Shown here in pieces: positions 49,496 through 63,329 of a stretch of 64,000 nt of DNA; the first letter of the stretch is position 1; each line of letters begins with the position of its first letter. Source of the stretch: Sphyrna mokarran (Eukaryota); contig JAGIQG010000004.1 of the NCBI GenBank assembly GCA_024679065.1, positions 41,292,001 through 41,356,000 on the forward strand, written 5' to 3'. Under the pieces are notes generated by a model. It ran no database searches, was not told the origin of the DNA, and saw nothing but the letters and a program-made list of their open reading frames with translations. Both the position numbers and the translations under genes were made by a program.

Positions 49496-51129
49496 CTTTG
49501 GTATGATGGGAAGGTGCCTGCAGTAAATGAGGATAAACAAAGTGAGGGGCCTAAAAGGCCAAGGCACCATTGTTCAAATTGGGTCTTACAGGTCAAATGG
49601 AGATGGCAGTCAATAGAGGGAGTGTCAGTATCTGAGAGGATACTGTGGGGGCATTCAATGTGGGGGAGGGTAGGGGGGCAGTTAAGTCCATTCTGAGGTA
49701 CTGATATTCAAAGATCGAATAAGGCAGGTCACAGAATCTAATGGAGATCTTAAGGATGATGTAGGGAGGGTCCAGTATCAGAATGTGAATCTCAACAAGG
49801 ATGGGGATAGGTTCAGAGAAGAGTAGGTTCAAGGGGAAGAGATGGCATCCCACAGTAACAAGGTCCAGGATGATGAAGGGAAGTTCAAGGGTTACAGAGG
49901 ACAGGCACACAGTGATGTCAGGAGTGTCAAGGGTGATAGGGTAAAATTGAAAGTGGCAGAGGGAAGGTGAAGGGTCACAGGTAGCAAGTCAAGGGTCACT
50001 CATACAGTTTAGGGGCCATGCCGATTACTTACTTGTAGTGTCAGAACAATAGATCCTACTGGGAGGAGGCCATTGTGGGAGTGAGTGGAATTTTGGGTAT
50101 GGACAGTGGCAGGAGTGGAAAACCTCACTGCTCAACTGCTCCATGGATGAAACTTGCTGGACATTATTCTTGTTGGAATACTTATGGGTCTCATGCACCT
50201 ACTGGTCCTACAACCTCAGGAGTAGGAGGAAAGGATGTGCAAAGGAGGACACTTTTGCTAGTCAACAGCTGGGACCATAGAGGGGGAGGAAGATTCTGAG
50301 GTGGCCATCCAGGGAAAGCATTGGAGATTGTGGTCATCGAGTGTTGAACAGCTTCCAGCAAGGGCAGTGGAGGGACTCAGAGAGGTGGCCAGTAAGTAAA
50401 ACTAGCTATCATCAGCAGGGGATATCTTCCTGTGCCCTGATCAACGTTCATCAGCCAATAAATATCACTCAAATGGATTGCTGTTTGAAAAACCTTTTCT
50501 TGAAAAACTGGTTGTAATATTTCCTGATATCAGAACAGTGATTGCATTATAAAAGTAGTTTAATGGTTGAGAAGATATTTGTGAGGCCCTGAAATCATTT
50601 TCTAAAACTATAGATGCTATTTTCCGAAATCGCGACAGATCTCATGTCTCTGAATACTATCTATCTCCCAGGGGAGCATGTAGTTAAGGAAGAGAAATCT
50701 AACAGGGAATTCTGAGATATTGGAGAATGTTTGGGTCAGGCTCTGGCTATAATTGGACAAGTAAGTTGGAACCGAGTGAGAGAAGTCACACTGAACTGAA
50801 CAATGAAATGAAGACATTGCAGAGGGATAATGGGTGCTATCTTATGACTTTTTGCCTAAGTGTTGAGCGGGTCTTTAATTGGGAAGTTCTACATCCATTG
50901 TTTGGGCACGTTCGTTGATTCCCCACCCCCCCACCCTATATGCACTCTGGCTGTAAAATTTTTAACAAGTCCTTGCTTGCTGCAGAAGTCTTGCTGTAGA
51001 GGTTTCATACAAGCCTCCTCCCTCCCCTCTGCATCCAACTCCAACTTTGAGAACTTCCCACACACCTGACAAAGGAACAGCATTTCTGCAAGTTTGTGGG
51101 TGGGACTTAATGTATCTGACAGTCTGTAA

Positions 51130-51435
51130 GGTAGCATGGAGTCACAGTGGTTAGCACTGCTGCCTCACAACACAGGGACTAGGTTTCGATTCCAGGCTTA
51201 GGTCACTGTCTGTGTGGAGTTTGCACATTCTCCCTGTATCTGCATGGGTTTCCTCCAGGTGGTCCGGTTTCTTCCCACAGTCCAGAGATATGCAGGTTAG
51301 ATGATTTGGCCACGCCAAATTCTCCGTCAGTGTACCCGAACAGGCACCCGAACGTGGTGACTAGGAGATATTCATGGGAATTTCATTGCAGTATTAATGT
51401 AAGCCCATTTGTATCACTAGTAAATTAACTTTACT
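51130..51435 (+). mobile_element. HE1-like V-SINE
   Basis: Full head, V-domain and second tail type. Confidence 0.82.
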
Positions 51436-52859
51436 TTCCTAGAAGGGAGGTATCGCACCTACTGCAGGCTGATTCAAATACCTCTCCCCCTACAATCACA
51501 GAGGCTCTCAGCCCGAGATGCAGCCCCCAGTGCATCCTCCAAACTGATCATGGACCCCCAATGGGCAATGCCCAGATGCCAGTCTGACATTGCCCAAGGC
51601 ACTTCCCTGTCTTGTATTCGGCTTCACCGAGGGGCCTTAATAGCTTCCAGTTTCACTGGCAAGGCTAACACAATTGTTCAACGTTTATGGCAAGCAAGTG
51701 TTTTCCTCGCCATAGAGAACTTCTTCTCGCAAGGCCATAAAGGCAAGAGAGCCCGGACGACTGAGTGCTGGGCTCACTAATCACATTAAAATAAGAATTT
51801 TAATAATTTCAAATAAATAACCAGCCTCTCTCCCATTCCCGGTGAGAGGCTGGCTATGCCGGAAATCATGGGTCCTTAAAATTGTGCCAGTCATGAAAAC
51901 TGGCGCCAATCACTCTAATCACTTCATGCCCCTCCTTATGACCATATTGTGTCCAAAAATGGGCGCAATACAGTCAGAAAATTCCATCCAATGTGTCAAA
52001 AGTTATAGAAATGTAAAGTTGACAAGGAGGGTTAGTCAGCATAGTCACAGTAATGCCAAGGATTTCTTTCATGACTTTTTTTGGTGCTGTTAGAAGTGGC
52101 AGGGATCTAATTAGAGGAATTCAAATAGGGACTTTCTGTGGAGATGTGACAACACATTGAAAGTCTTTGGAGAGAAAAGAGAGGTAACAAATAGATTGAG
52201 GATTTAGGGTAAAGTTTTGAGAAAAGCTCACTCATCATTTTTTGGTCATTCATTTCTACAACCATATTTGGAGGCTATTGCGAATATCAAATCTATAACT
52301 AGAATCATATGTGAGTTGTATTCAGTACACTACCATTTTGAAAATCCTTCACTCTTGGAATGTGTTGCTTGATTAATTATTATTATTGATTATCAAGAAA
52401 GCTTTCTAACGATGAGAGATCAATCAATTTTCCTCTTTAAAATGATCTTGCTCCAAACATCTGGGAAATAATGCACTGTGAAAAAGATCATGCTCACGTT
52501 CCATGTTTACAACTGGTGTTCTCTGTTTAGAATATTTCCTCAAGTGGGTTTTAAAAGACTAATGGGGAATTATCCCGCCATTCATACCGATAGGATTTTC
52601 TGGCCATGCTGCAGTGAATGGAGATTTGGCTGAGTGCCAGATTCTCCATATTAGCTGGCAACCACAACAGGGCTTGAACAGCCAGTAATTTCACGCCCTT
52701 TGTGGGAATTCAGAGACTGGAACTTTTGGGGTTGTTTTTGCTGTTTGTTCAATCTGACTCTTTTTGCACTCTCTTTTGCTACTCCTAAAGCCTTCAATCA
52801 ACCGATTTATCTTTCATACCCTTTCTCATTTAGCAGGTGCAAAAGGAATTAATATGTGA

Positions 52860-53400
52860 CAAATTATTAACAGTTTGGAAAAGGCCACTCAGTCCAACAG
52901 GCTCTGTGCTGGTATGCTTCACACAAGCCTCCTCCCTCTACTCTGCATCCAACTCCAACTTTGAGAACTTTCCACACATCTGACAAAGGAACAGCATTTC
53001 CAAAAGCTTGTGGGTTTACTATCAAATAAACTGATTGGATTTTAACCTGGTATTGTGAGATTTTTAACTGTGTCCAACTCCATTATCATAGAACTTCCTC
53101 AAGTGCTTCATTGGCTTCCCCTTGAATACTGTTCACCTCTACCTTTCCCTGAGGGAGTAAGTTCTACATTCTCACTCCTCTATTTTAAAGAAGCTTTTTC
53201 TGAGTTGCTGATTGGGTCTATTAGTTACTATCTTGTATTTATGGCTGCTTGTTCTTGACTTGCCAGCAAGTGGAAATGTCTGCTCTGTATCTACATGTTC
53301 AACCCCTTCATAATCTTGAAGATTTCCATTGGGTTATGCATCAGTCTTCTGTTTGCTAGAGAAAAGAGCTCCAGCCAATCAATCATACCTGGTAGATGGA
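52860..53400 (-). mobile_element. Diverged CR1-type LINE 3' end
   Basis: AAAGGCCACTCAGTCCAAC..CACAAGCCTCCTCCC..CCCTTCATAATCTTGAAGA. Confidence 0.6.
52958..53072 (+). mobile_element. Penelope-like terminal fragment with 10-bp TSD, inserted in a CR1 3' end
   Basis: Flanked by TCCAACTCCA at 52948-52957 and 53073-53082; same terminal sequence as 61190-61240. Confidence 0.7.
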
Positions 53401-55734
53401 ACCTTTCATTTAAATAAGGGAAACTTTCACTAAGACCTAAGAACCATTTTAATTATCACTACGTTGATCCATTGGTCTGAAATTTAGTTTTCTGATTATT
53501 TTTGCAGGCAATGAACCTTCTCATCACACATGATGGAATGCATATACTCAGCCATCCTAAATGTCCCTGACACTTGCATTCCATGAAAGCTTTTCTTCTC
53601 TCCAAAGGAAAAGCTCACCCATAAGCATCATGTTGCTGGTGGAGGAGTGTGAACCCTGAAAGCTGAGTTCAAAGGAGAAGGCCATAGACATATCAGAAGG
53701 GCAAACTGGGCAGATTGACTAAACTGGTATTATTTCAGATGAGTTGACAACAGACATGAGGTAAAGATTTGGCAAGGCTCATCATGCATAGTCTCCATTT
53801 TTATGTGCTTTGCCAAATGTATTGAAATACCCTAGCGCTCAGCAACTATTGCCTCAGAGAAAAGTTCTAAGTGCTTTTTTGCATGAAGATTATGACCATT
53901 TAATGACCATCCACTAACTTCTAGATCCAGAGCTTTTGCTGTTTCATTATCAACTGTGCAACTGTCATTCCACAAATTCAGTCAATAGAAAGTAAATCAC
54001 GAGTCAGAATGTGGTTCATCGGGTAAGAAACTGAGCAGTCAGAATGATGTGGAATACTGGCCCCTCTGAGGCTTCACTTATGATGATTAAAGCTCTGGAG
54101 AAATCATCTCAACCACCCCATACTATCAACAGCTCTTAGAATAAATTGAGAGTTACTTGAGCAAATAAATTAAGAGGCCTAAAGGATGGGCGTGGTGTTA
54201 ACTGCAGACAAATAATTTTCTATATGAATTTTACACATTATGTGGTGAATTGTGCTGTAAACATGACATGTGCACATCAAGCTTGGACAAGACCTCTGCT
54301 CATACTTTCAGCATATGGACATTTGAATAATAGCAGGAGATATGGAAGTTTTTTTGTCTCGTTAAGAACAAAGGGCAAAGAAAATTACAGCATAGGAACA
54401 GGTCCACCAAGCCTGCACCAACCATACTGCCTGTCTGAATGAAATCCCCCTATCCTTCCAGGGGCCATATCTTTCTATTCCCATCCCATGCATCTATTTG
54501 TCAAGGCACCCCTTAGAAGTCACTGTTGAATCTCCAAGAAACTTGGAGGAAAAATCTTTGATCCTGAAGGGTTTTAAGAGTTTGTGAACTGAGTTTCTTT
54601 GTGGGTTGCCCTTTCTTTCTTTATTAAAAGCACCCATTGCTTCCTCTAATCAGTTGCTTCCTCCTTTCTCTGGCTGCTAGTTTTCACCATTACCCATGTT
54701 CTCCTTCCTGTGTACGCTACTCATGCTGCCCAAAAGGATTCCTGTGTGTGGCCACCTCTTCTTCCTCATTGACACTTTTAGCTTCCAGATGTAGGAGATG
54801 TTTCTTTCTCAGAAGGGTTGCATGCAGCAGTCGCAACGATTCCTGAGATTCATACTCTGCTGTATTGCAGGATCCAGTCAGATATCTAAAAACAAGAATT
54901 CAGAGGGATCTATCATAATTATTATGACATGGGCCTCATTACATCTGTTGCCTCCACTGCCTGTGGAAATTTAACTGAGATCACCAGTCATAATTGCAGA
55001 GGATAGCTCTGATTACAAATCGACAATCCAGATTCATGACCAGAGTTAGCAGTTCTGCCGTTCGCCAGTCAGTAACTGAAATATTTCCTCTATAGCCTCA
55101 AAGAGAGACTGGAATCTTTGGAAGCATTGGTCATTCAAAAAGGTTAAGCGAGACTTTCTTGCTCTTGGCATCCTGTTGTGGAGAAAAGCTATGCTTCCCT
55201 GAGTGAGAGTCGCCAATCTAGCTCCTTCCGTATCTTCAACTTCCTTGTTTTCATAATTAAGACTGGAGGGATTCTTATAGGGAAAACCAATATCCCTAAT
55301 TAAAAGCAGCTCAATAAAACTAGTAGTAAATGTCCTTATTGGATCTCGATGGAATTGATAGATTGGTATGGAGGCAAAGTAGCACCAACCTACAGTAGCA
55401 GCATATAACATGACTGCCTCCATATATACCTGCTTCAGAAATCACTTTTGTGTTTGATATTAACCCATATCTAAAAACAAAATAACAATAACAAAATATC
55501 TTCTAGATTTGGTGGAGTACCTAAAACTGTAGCGCCAATTTTAACTCAGGTGGCAGTTGCAATGGGGGAATTCATAACAGGCAGTAAACCATCCTAACCT
55601 CAGCAGCCAAAGGTGCAGAAAATTTGATTAGATTTAATTTATCATTATCGATATATTAGTATACAATGAAAAGTATTGCTCATTTTTTAAAATGAAAGTG
55701 GAATTTTTTCTCTTTGCAGTTGTGGAGCCAGAAA

Positions 55735-56165
55735 GAAAAGCATTTATATAGCACCTTTCATGACATATATATAATCCCATAGCACTTTAAAGCTGCGTAT
55801 GTTTGAAGTGACCATTAATACAGGAAAATGGAAGACAATTTGCATTCGGCAAACTCCCGATATTGGCTAGGAAATCTATTTTAGTGATGTGAATTTAGAG
55901 AATAAATGTTGGCCAGACACTGGGGGTGTGGGGAGGAAGGGGATGGGGGCAGAGGGGGACTCCTCTTCTCTTCAAAATAGTGTTATGAATATTTCACATT
56001 TGGCTGAAAGGGGAAAGAGGCTTAGAATGACTGTTTCATTTGAAAGGCAGCACTTCCAACAGTGCAGCACTCCCAGTGTCAGTGCAGCTGTTTCCAGAGC
56101 AAAACTGGAACTAACAGCCTTCTAACACAGAGTAAGAGTGCTACCAATTGAGCCACAGCTGACAC
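55735..56165 (-). mobile_element. Old tRNA-derived SINE with L2-type tail
   Basis: GCATTTATATAGCACCTTT tail, CAGTGCAGCACTCCC core, GAGTGCTACCAATTGAGCCA head; fragments also near 6780-6990 and 50440-50620. Confidence 0.55.
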
Positions 56166-56464
56166 TTCAGTTAGCAGTAAATTGATGAAAGTAAGATAAA
56201 AACTACAGATACAGTATAGGTAAGAATGGAGAGAGGGAAGTAAGCAGGTTTGATGATGGATAGGATCTGTGCTGCTACTGACGCTACTTAGCCTGCATAT
56301 TGATCCATTAATTCCTTTGAGATTCAGTCAGACCTTTACTGCTAGTTTTACTGAGTTCGAAGTACCACTTTGAAGCAATCTACTTGTTTTTTCAGTGAAT
56401 TTCAAAGCTCTGAATATTGCCATTACCACATTCTTATGCTTTACAAATAAAACAGAAAATGTGT

Positions 56465-56970
56465 AGTTATGGAAACAGCATGGAAACAGGCCCTCCAGCC
56501 CAAATTGTCCATACTGCCCTTTTTTAAAACCCCTAAACTAATCCCCATTGTCCGCATTTGACCCATGTCCCCCTATACCCATCATACGTATGTAACTATC
56601 TAAATGCTTTTTAAAAGATAAAATTGTACCCACCTCTTCTATTACCCCTGGCAGCTTATTCCAGACAACTCAACATCCTCTGCATGAAAAAATTGCCCGT
56701 CTGGACACTTTTATATCTCTCCCCTCTCACATTAAATCTAGTTTTAGACCGCTCTACCTTTGGGAAAAGATACTGACTGTCTACCTTGTCTATGCCCCTC
56801 ATTATTTTATAGACCTCTATATCATCACCCCCTCAGTCTCCTATGCTCCGGAGAAAGAAGTCCCAGTCTATGCAGCCTCTCATTGTAACTCAATCCACCA
56901 AGTCTTGATAGCATTCTAGTAAATCCTTTTTGCACTCTTTCTAGTTTAATAATATCCTTTCTATAATAGA
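56465..56970 (-). mobile_element. CR1-type LINE 3' part
   Basis: Closely matches 48890-49340. Confidence 0.85.
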
Positions 56971-57219
56971 AAGCACTTATGGGTTACTGATAAACATATA
57001 CATTTTTCGTATTATATCACTTAAAATGCTTTCTTTCTGAAGAATCAGAATATATAGAAATGTTCAGTTTTAATGCATAGCAGAAATTAGCTGATGACCA
57101 AAACTTCCTCAATAAACAATAAACAACAAACGTTGACTTTAAAAGATGATTTTCCTGCACACTTATAATCAAATTAAATTAAACAGTGGAGTAAATAAAA
57201 TCAGCCATGCACCCTGCGT

Positions 57220-58570
57220 CCTTACCATTAGATTCACCTTATCCTTGCCCACTCACTCAGATTAAGTTAGGATCTATTCTGGACAGCACCAGAAGCTGTG
57301 CTTAAATCCTCACATCCTATCCAACTGTAAGCCTGCTTATTTCCACCTCTACATTCTTACTGCACATACACAGTCTCAGTAAACTTTCAAAAACACCTTC
57401 TTTCATTCTACACTCAAAGTTTTCACACCCTCCTTACTAGCTCCCTGATCTTCACGCTCCCTGAATTTCATGTTATCCATAACTTCAGCAGTACCATTCT
57501 GCACCACACTAAACCACATATGACTTTCCTGTTTATCTGGCAGTATGGATATTTAGTAGCAAGTAATAAAATAACAAACTTCACATAGTAGAAGTTTAAT
57601 AAAAAAAACTTCATTGCATCACACTTGGGCCACATCCTGGGCCATAAGTATTCCCCACAATTCCATATGCTTTTTATTTATACTGGATCAGCTGATCACC
57701 ACATCATTTTGCCTTTGGTTACATTATGTGGCAGCACATGTTTCCATTGATTACAAAAAACAAAGAACAACAAGCCCACGCTGCCACCTCAATGTTCCCA
57801 CTTCTATCCATGATCCCTGTCTATGTTTATAGATCTATGCATTGAAACCAAATTTGAGACAATTTAGGGAGAATTTGTTCTGCCAGTTAGCCTAAGAGCA
57901 CATCTTTGGGATGTGGGAGGAAACCAGAACACCCAGAGAAAACCCACGCAAGCACAGGGAGAATGCGCAAACTCCCACAGACACAGGCCCAAATCCATGT
58001 ATCTGCACAGCACAGCGATAGTCACTGAGCTGTTGTGTTGTCCATCAAATAGTCCAGGTCAAGCGTACACTAACGACATGAAGCACTAGGATACTCTCGA
58101 AAAATCCAAGAGCAGCCCTCTCACAACCCAGCGTGTGTATGCCCCTTGTTAGACAACAAGACGGACCAAAGTACCTGTAGGATAAAACAAATACACCAAT
58201 ATCATTACATTATAACACTTCCCTCACTCCCCTCTTCCCCCAACTCTGCATCCTCAATAGTCTACGTTGGTTTTGCACTTTCTTCTTTTCTTCCAAACAA
58301 TCATTTCTTCATTTACAGATCCTTACATGTATTCACCCTACTTTCCTACTGCAGCCTTCTTAAGTTTCCTCCTGCATCATTCTGTTCTTTGATTCCGCCT
58401 TACTTATACATCCCATCACTCTCCCCAACTTTAAGAGCCTTTCTGAAACATATACTTTGACTAAACATTTGATTGCCTCAGCCAGTCTTCCAGAAGAGCT
58501 TGGCATTTGCATCTAATCTTCACGGTGAAGCACCTTGGGACATTTTTTCTTTATTAAAGATAAGTTGTTC
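57220..58570 (+). mobile_element. Highly decayed L2-type LINE fragments
   Basis: GCTTATTTCCACCTC (AYFHL) near 57335 and GTGAAGCACCTTGGGACATTTT 3' end near 58530; interrupted by a SINE. Confidence 0.45.
57850..58040 (-). mobile_element. V-SINE, diverged
   Basis: GTGGGAGGAAACCAGAACACCCAGAGAAAACCCACGCA, the reverse complement of the V-domain. Confidence 0.65.
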
Positions 58571-60358
58571 TTGATGTTACTACACATTGCATTCAAATAC
58601 CAGCTACTCAGAATCTGAAACTTTCCCTCCTCATTTATAAAAGAACAATGATCGAAGTTTCAAACATCTTACCCCATTTATTTAAGAAGTCATTGAACTT
58701 AAAGATCAGGAGGCTCGCAATGTGCTTAGTTAGCTGATCTGAGCTTGAGCAGCTTTATAGGTGGATCAATTAGCCTGAACCATGAGAGGAAAAGCTAGCT
58801 GAAATTCCCTTTCCTAATCCCTGGTGGAATTGTGGATGTGTAAATGCAAGCTGAGACTCGAACCCAGTTTTGCTGTTCTCCAAAGCTGAATTGCCCATCA
58901 ACACTCACTGTCAAGACTGACATGACCACTTGAGTGAGCTACAAGAGTAAGATCTCTACCTATGGAACCCTATCCACAAAGCCATTAATACCTTTAGGAA
59001 CGGCAAATTGACAAAAAAGGAGAGAGAAAAATGACTTAAATTTATAGCATTAACTATAACTCATTGAAGTTACAGGTGTGACAGCATAGAACATTTTTGC
59101 CCAGTATTGAAAAGCCTAATCTAGTATAAAATATTTTGATAAATGTGAAAATAAATTGATTTGTGAAGAATAAACCATATGCCTTGATGAATACCAATGA
59201 AAGCATAGGTGTCATTCAGTTAACACTTGCCTGCCTGTGTTGCACACCATAATCAGACTGGCATTACTGGAACATAACAGTAATGTTTTCCTATACTCGA
59301 CACTCTGAATACGTTTAAGAGGTTTATGCCTAATGATTTATATTTCTACAGATGCAGATTTATTATTTGGAAATAATAATTAAGATAAATCTACGGGTCC
59401 AGCCATTTCTTAGGAAGAGAACGTGACCGGTTTGCCATCACCTAAGACGTTTTATTATTTTCTTTTTATTAAAGGTCAACCCACAGTCATTCAGATTATC
59501 CAGACAGATCAGAAGTCTATGCAATCTGTCATACAGCGAAGATATGTATCGCAAATCTCCAAAGATATAATCTTTTGAAATCATATTCTGAATACTGTTT
59601 TTGATTAAAATTGTAGCTGGGCTCGATGCAGAACTAATATGAAACATGAAAAAATTGAAAAAGGTAGAATTAATACTTAATAAAAATGGCGTGATAGAAT
59701 GTACTGCACCAAATACCAGCGCCAGGAAATTAAAGTTAAGCAATGTACAATTCTTGAGATAATATAACCAATATAAAACCTGATGGATTTCAGATATTTT
59801 GTTTTATTTATTGTTTTTTATTGTTCAGAATTGTTCACCATTCACAGCTGAAGTGCTCAGTACATTGGACCTTTCCACTTTACTGCAAGGATTGCTGTTG
59901 AAGATCAGGATGATGATTTTATTTGACTGACTGCAGTGTTTAGGGTGAAGTATTTGGTCAGGCTTCATATGTGCAGCTGCATCAATATTTTATTAAGGCA
60001 TTTAGATTCTCTCCTCAAGACGTGACAGATTGCTGTCTGGGTCTGAATTAGGCATCTTAAATTAAAAGGCAAATCAAAAAAAGATGTATTTTAATTTCAC
60101 ATGTCTCTGGTATTTATCTGGTTTATAGTAGAACATGCTATATTGAAAGCTTGAAGAACTTGTATGCCTCTACAGCGTTTCTCTTTGCAATTAAAACCTT
60201 TATTTCCTGCTGATTTGACACAGTCCAACACGAAAAGAAAGATTTTTTCCCTAAGTCAAGCCATGCTACATTTTGGTTTTACAGCAGATGTTATTGCTGT
60301 GTGACTTAAGAGTGAATAATCTCACTGAATTGTCAGTAAAGAAAAAATATAAAGTATT

Positions 60359-62700
60359 GGGCACAATTCTCCCAAAATATTTCTAAGTGTTGTCCTCAGT
60401 GGATCGAAAGCAGTCTAATTCCTGTTGGTGGGTTGCTGCGATCCAGATCGCAACCCACTCACACTGAGACATTTCTTTTGGGGCTAAGAGTGATTCTTGG
60501 CATATGTGAGAGATAAAGATGCTGACAAGAGTGTAGATAGCAAACTCTGCAAGACATGTCAGATCATTGACATAGATAACCATCTCATGTGAGAACACCA
60601 TCCACCAGGTACACGGCACATACTCTTGCAAATCAGCCAATGTTGATTATCTAATACTAGGAAAGGATGTCTTGAAGCATGGTACACTGGGGAGACCATG
60701 CAGACGCTATAACAATGGATGAATGAACACTGCTTGATAATCACCAGGCAAGACTGTTCTTTTCCTGTTGGTGAACACTTCAGCAGTTATGGGCATTCGG
60801 CCTCCGACCTTTGGGTAAGCGTTCTCCAAGGTGGCCTTCACGTCACATGACAACGCAAAGTCGCTGAGCAGAGACTGATAGCCAAGTTCCGCACACACAG
60901 CCTCAACCAGGATCTTGGGTTCATGTCACACTATTTGTAGCCCCCATGACCTGCCTGAACTTGCAACATCTCAATTACTCTCCTGTCTGGAGACAATACA
61001 CATCTCTTTACCTATGCTTAATGCCTTCTCCACTCACATTGCCTGCATCTTTAAGACTTGAATAGCAGATTAGCTGTAAAGACTCGCATTCTAATATGTA
61101 TTCTGTAAACTGTGTGTGCCTTTATATACCCTGTTTGTGAACAAAACTCTCCACTTACTTTACAAAGGAACAGTGTTAGTGAGTTTACTATCAAATAAAC
61201 TTGTTGGACTTTAACCTGGTGTTGTGAGACTTCTTACTGTGTCTTTTCTGTCACTCAGAGCACTTCCTCGGATGAGAAGACAGAGGAAACATCTAAGGAA
61301 GACCCATCAGTCCATTCACTTGCAATGTCCACCAGTGTAGATACATGCACCTCAGTGGGTCCTAATTCTAGAATAGACCTGGGGTCGCAATCTGGCAATC
61401 ATCTCACAGGCTGAAACCCACAGCAGGCAGAGGCAGTGTCAGCAGAAGTCCCTGACACTCTCTAGAGACCTAGCCTGAGTCTGAGTCTGTTGATGGCCTC
61501 TGCTGTCAGCTCTGGGAAAAATATTTGAGATACAAATGTAGCAGTGAAACATCAGGCAGAGTTGTCAGAGATTGTCACCAGACTGGAAGAAATGATAGAG
61601 GAGTCTATTCCCATTTTGTCTGATAGGTGAGTGCATCAACGTCTCCGTGAGAAGTGTGGCAGCAGCCTTGGAGAGCCCAGTTCAGCAGTACACTTGTAAC
61701 CTCTACATCTCAGGCAGACAATGTGTCACCTCATGGGAATTGTCCATTAAGTTAGTGATTATCCTTATGCTGTCATATTGGAGTCTGGGGGTTTTAAGTA
61801 TTTGTCATGACCAGCATTGGAGTCTTTTCACCCAAGTACACTTTGTGATGGTGTTTATTTTATGATGTGAAGTTTTGGGAAAAGTCATATGTATTGCTGG
61901 GCCCTCATGTCACCCTACAGCATTTTCCATTGCTATGTGTAAGGCAGAATGCTATTTCTTTATTAGTTCCCACTTTCTGCATGTATGTACTGAGCAATGG
62001 AAATTGGTTCCACTCGGTGACATTTGAAATATCTGCCAGATGGGAATGAGTATATTCGTCAAAAGTACGTACGCATCCAGATGAAACCATCTGTTCATAT
62101 GAGAGAATCTTACTTTGTTCCTGAATTGCTGCCTAGCATTGCTTCCCAGAACTCCTCTGTGAAGTCCTACAATGCCAGTCAATAAGGGATTCATTGCATG
62201 AATGTGTACTCAGTGATTTCGGATTCATAGAAATGATTGGCTTTTGTGAAATGGACAATGTCAAAGACTGTAATGATATCAAAGCAATTCTCCAGCACAT
62301 TTCCTGAATGCTCAGTAGTATCCATGAAGAGAATAAGATATCATTGACTACTGTGTCAAAACTGACTGGGTCATGTCTCTCCTAGAAGCCAAGGCAATGC
62401 AGAATGTAAACATGGCAGGTTTGTGATGAATGCAGGGTAATGACTGTTTGTCAACAATCACACAGTGTTTCTGCTGAACTGCTCTCTGTGAGGACAATGC
62501 AATCATAACTTGCAGCTTTGGGTGCATGCTGTTATGTAACAGATCACTGCATGCTGATGTCCAATGATACCTGGGGCTCAGTATCAAACTGTGGCCTCTG
62601 CATTAATCATGCACGAGTGTTGGGCTTTAGAGAGATGGTTCCGTCTGGATGTAGCTGCCTCTCGAGACAGTCAAAGCCGAACAATTGATGAATGGTTTTC
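60359..62700 (+). mobile_element. Decayed Harbinger-type element left part (GGGC terminus and Myb-ORF-like remnant), interrupted by a Penelope-like insertion
   Basis: GGGCACAATTCTCCC terminus at 60359; 61280-61700 resembles 43400-43700; convergent with the transposase at 63330-64000. Confidence 0.45.
60530..61240 (+). mobile_element. Penelope-like retroelement 3' part (decayed GIY-YIG endonuclease plus terminal repeat)
   Basis: Translates with stops/frameshifts to LCKTCQ..YSCKSANVDYLI..AWYTGETMQ..VGEHFS..AEQRLIAKF..LNQDLG; ends in AAATAAACTTGTTGGACTTTAACCTGGTGTTGTGAGACTTCTTACTG. Confidence 0.85.
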
Positions 62701-63054
62701 ATCTTAGAGCTGCCTTGCTAAGCTGCTGTCACACTGGCTTGAATGCATCCATGTGGGCAACAGTATCTCAGCCTCTTGGAAGGTGCTGTTGTCAATGATT
62801 TGTTTATGCCGTTGTTGAAAAGACTGGACTAAGTATAGCTGCTTAAGGATGTGTGTGAGTGGAGTGTTTATCAGACTCCACAGCAGCCATATGGTCTCTA
62901 GATTACTGTGCCTTCCAAGGATGACCCCGTCATTAGGGTTGAAGGTGATTTATTCTTCCTCTGTTATCATTGTGAGATTGATGAAGTGGTGCAGTTGACA
63001 ATGAAAGTGCATTGAAGCCTGAAGAGAACTGTATTCATAACAATTTGTTTTTGA

Positions 63055-63322
63055 AGTAAGTTTATTTATTAGTCACAAATAGGCTTAAATTAACACTGCA
63101 ATGAAGTTACTGTGAAATTTCCCTGGTCGCCGCACTCCAGCGCCTGTTCAAGTCAATGCACCTAACCAACACGTCTTTCACAATGTGGGAGCATATGGAG
63201 GAAACCCATGCAGACAGAGGGAGAACATGCAAATACCACACAGACAATGACCCAAGCTGGGAATCGAGCCCAGGTCCCTGCCGCTATGGGGCAGCTGTGC
63301 TAACCACTATGCCACCATGCCG
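63055..63322 (-). mobile_element. HE1-like V-SINE
   Basis: Reverse-complement head and AAGTTTATTTATTAGTCACA tail. Confidence 0.8.
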
Positions 63323-63329
63323 TCCATGT

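Noticed and set aside
58700-58990. Possible ancient SINE-like sequence
   Set aside because: Looks repeat-like but I cannot support a family or boundaries from this window alone.
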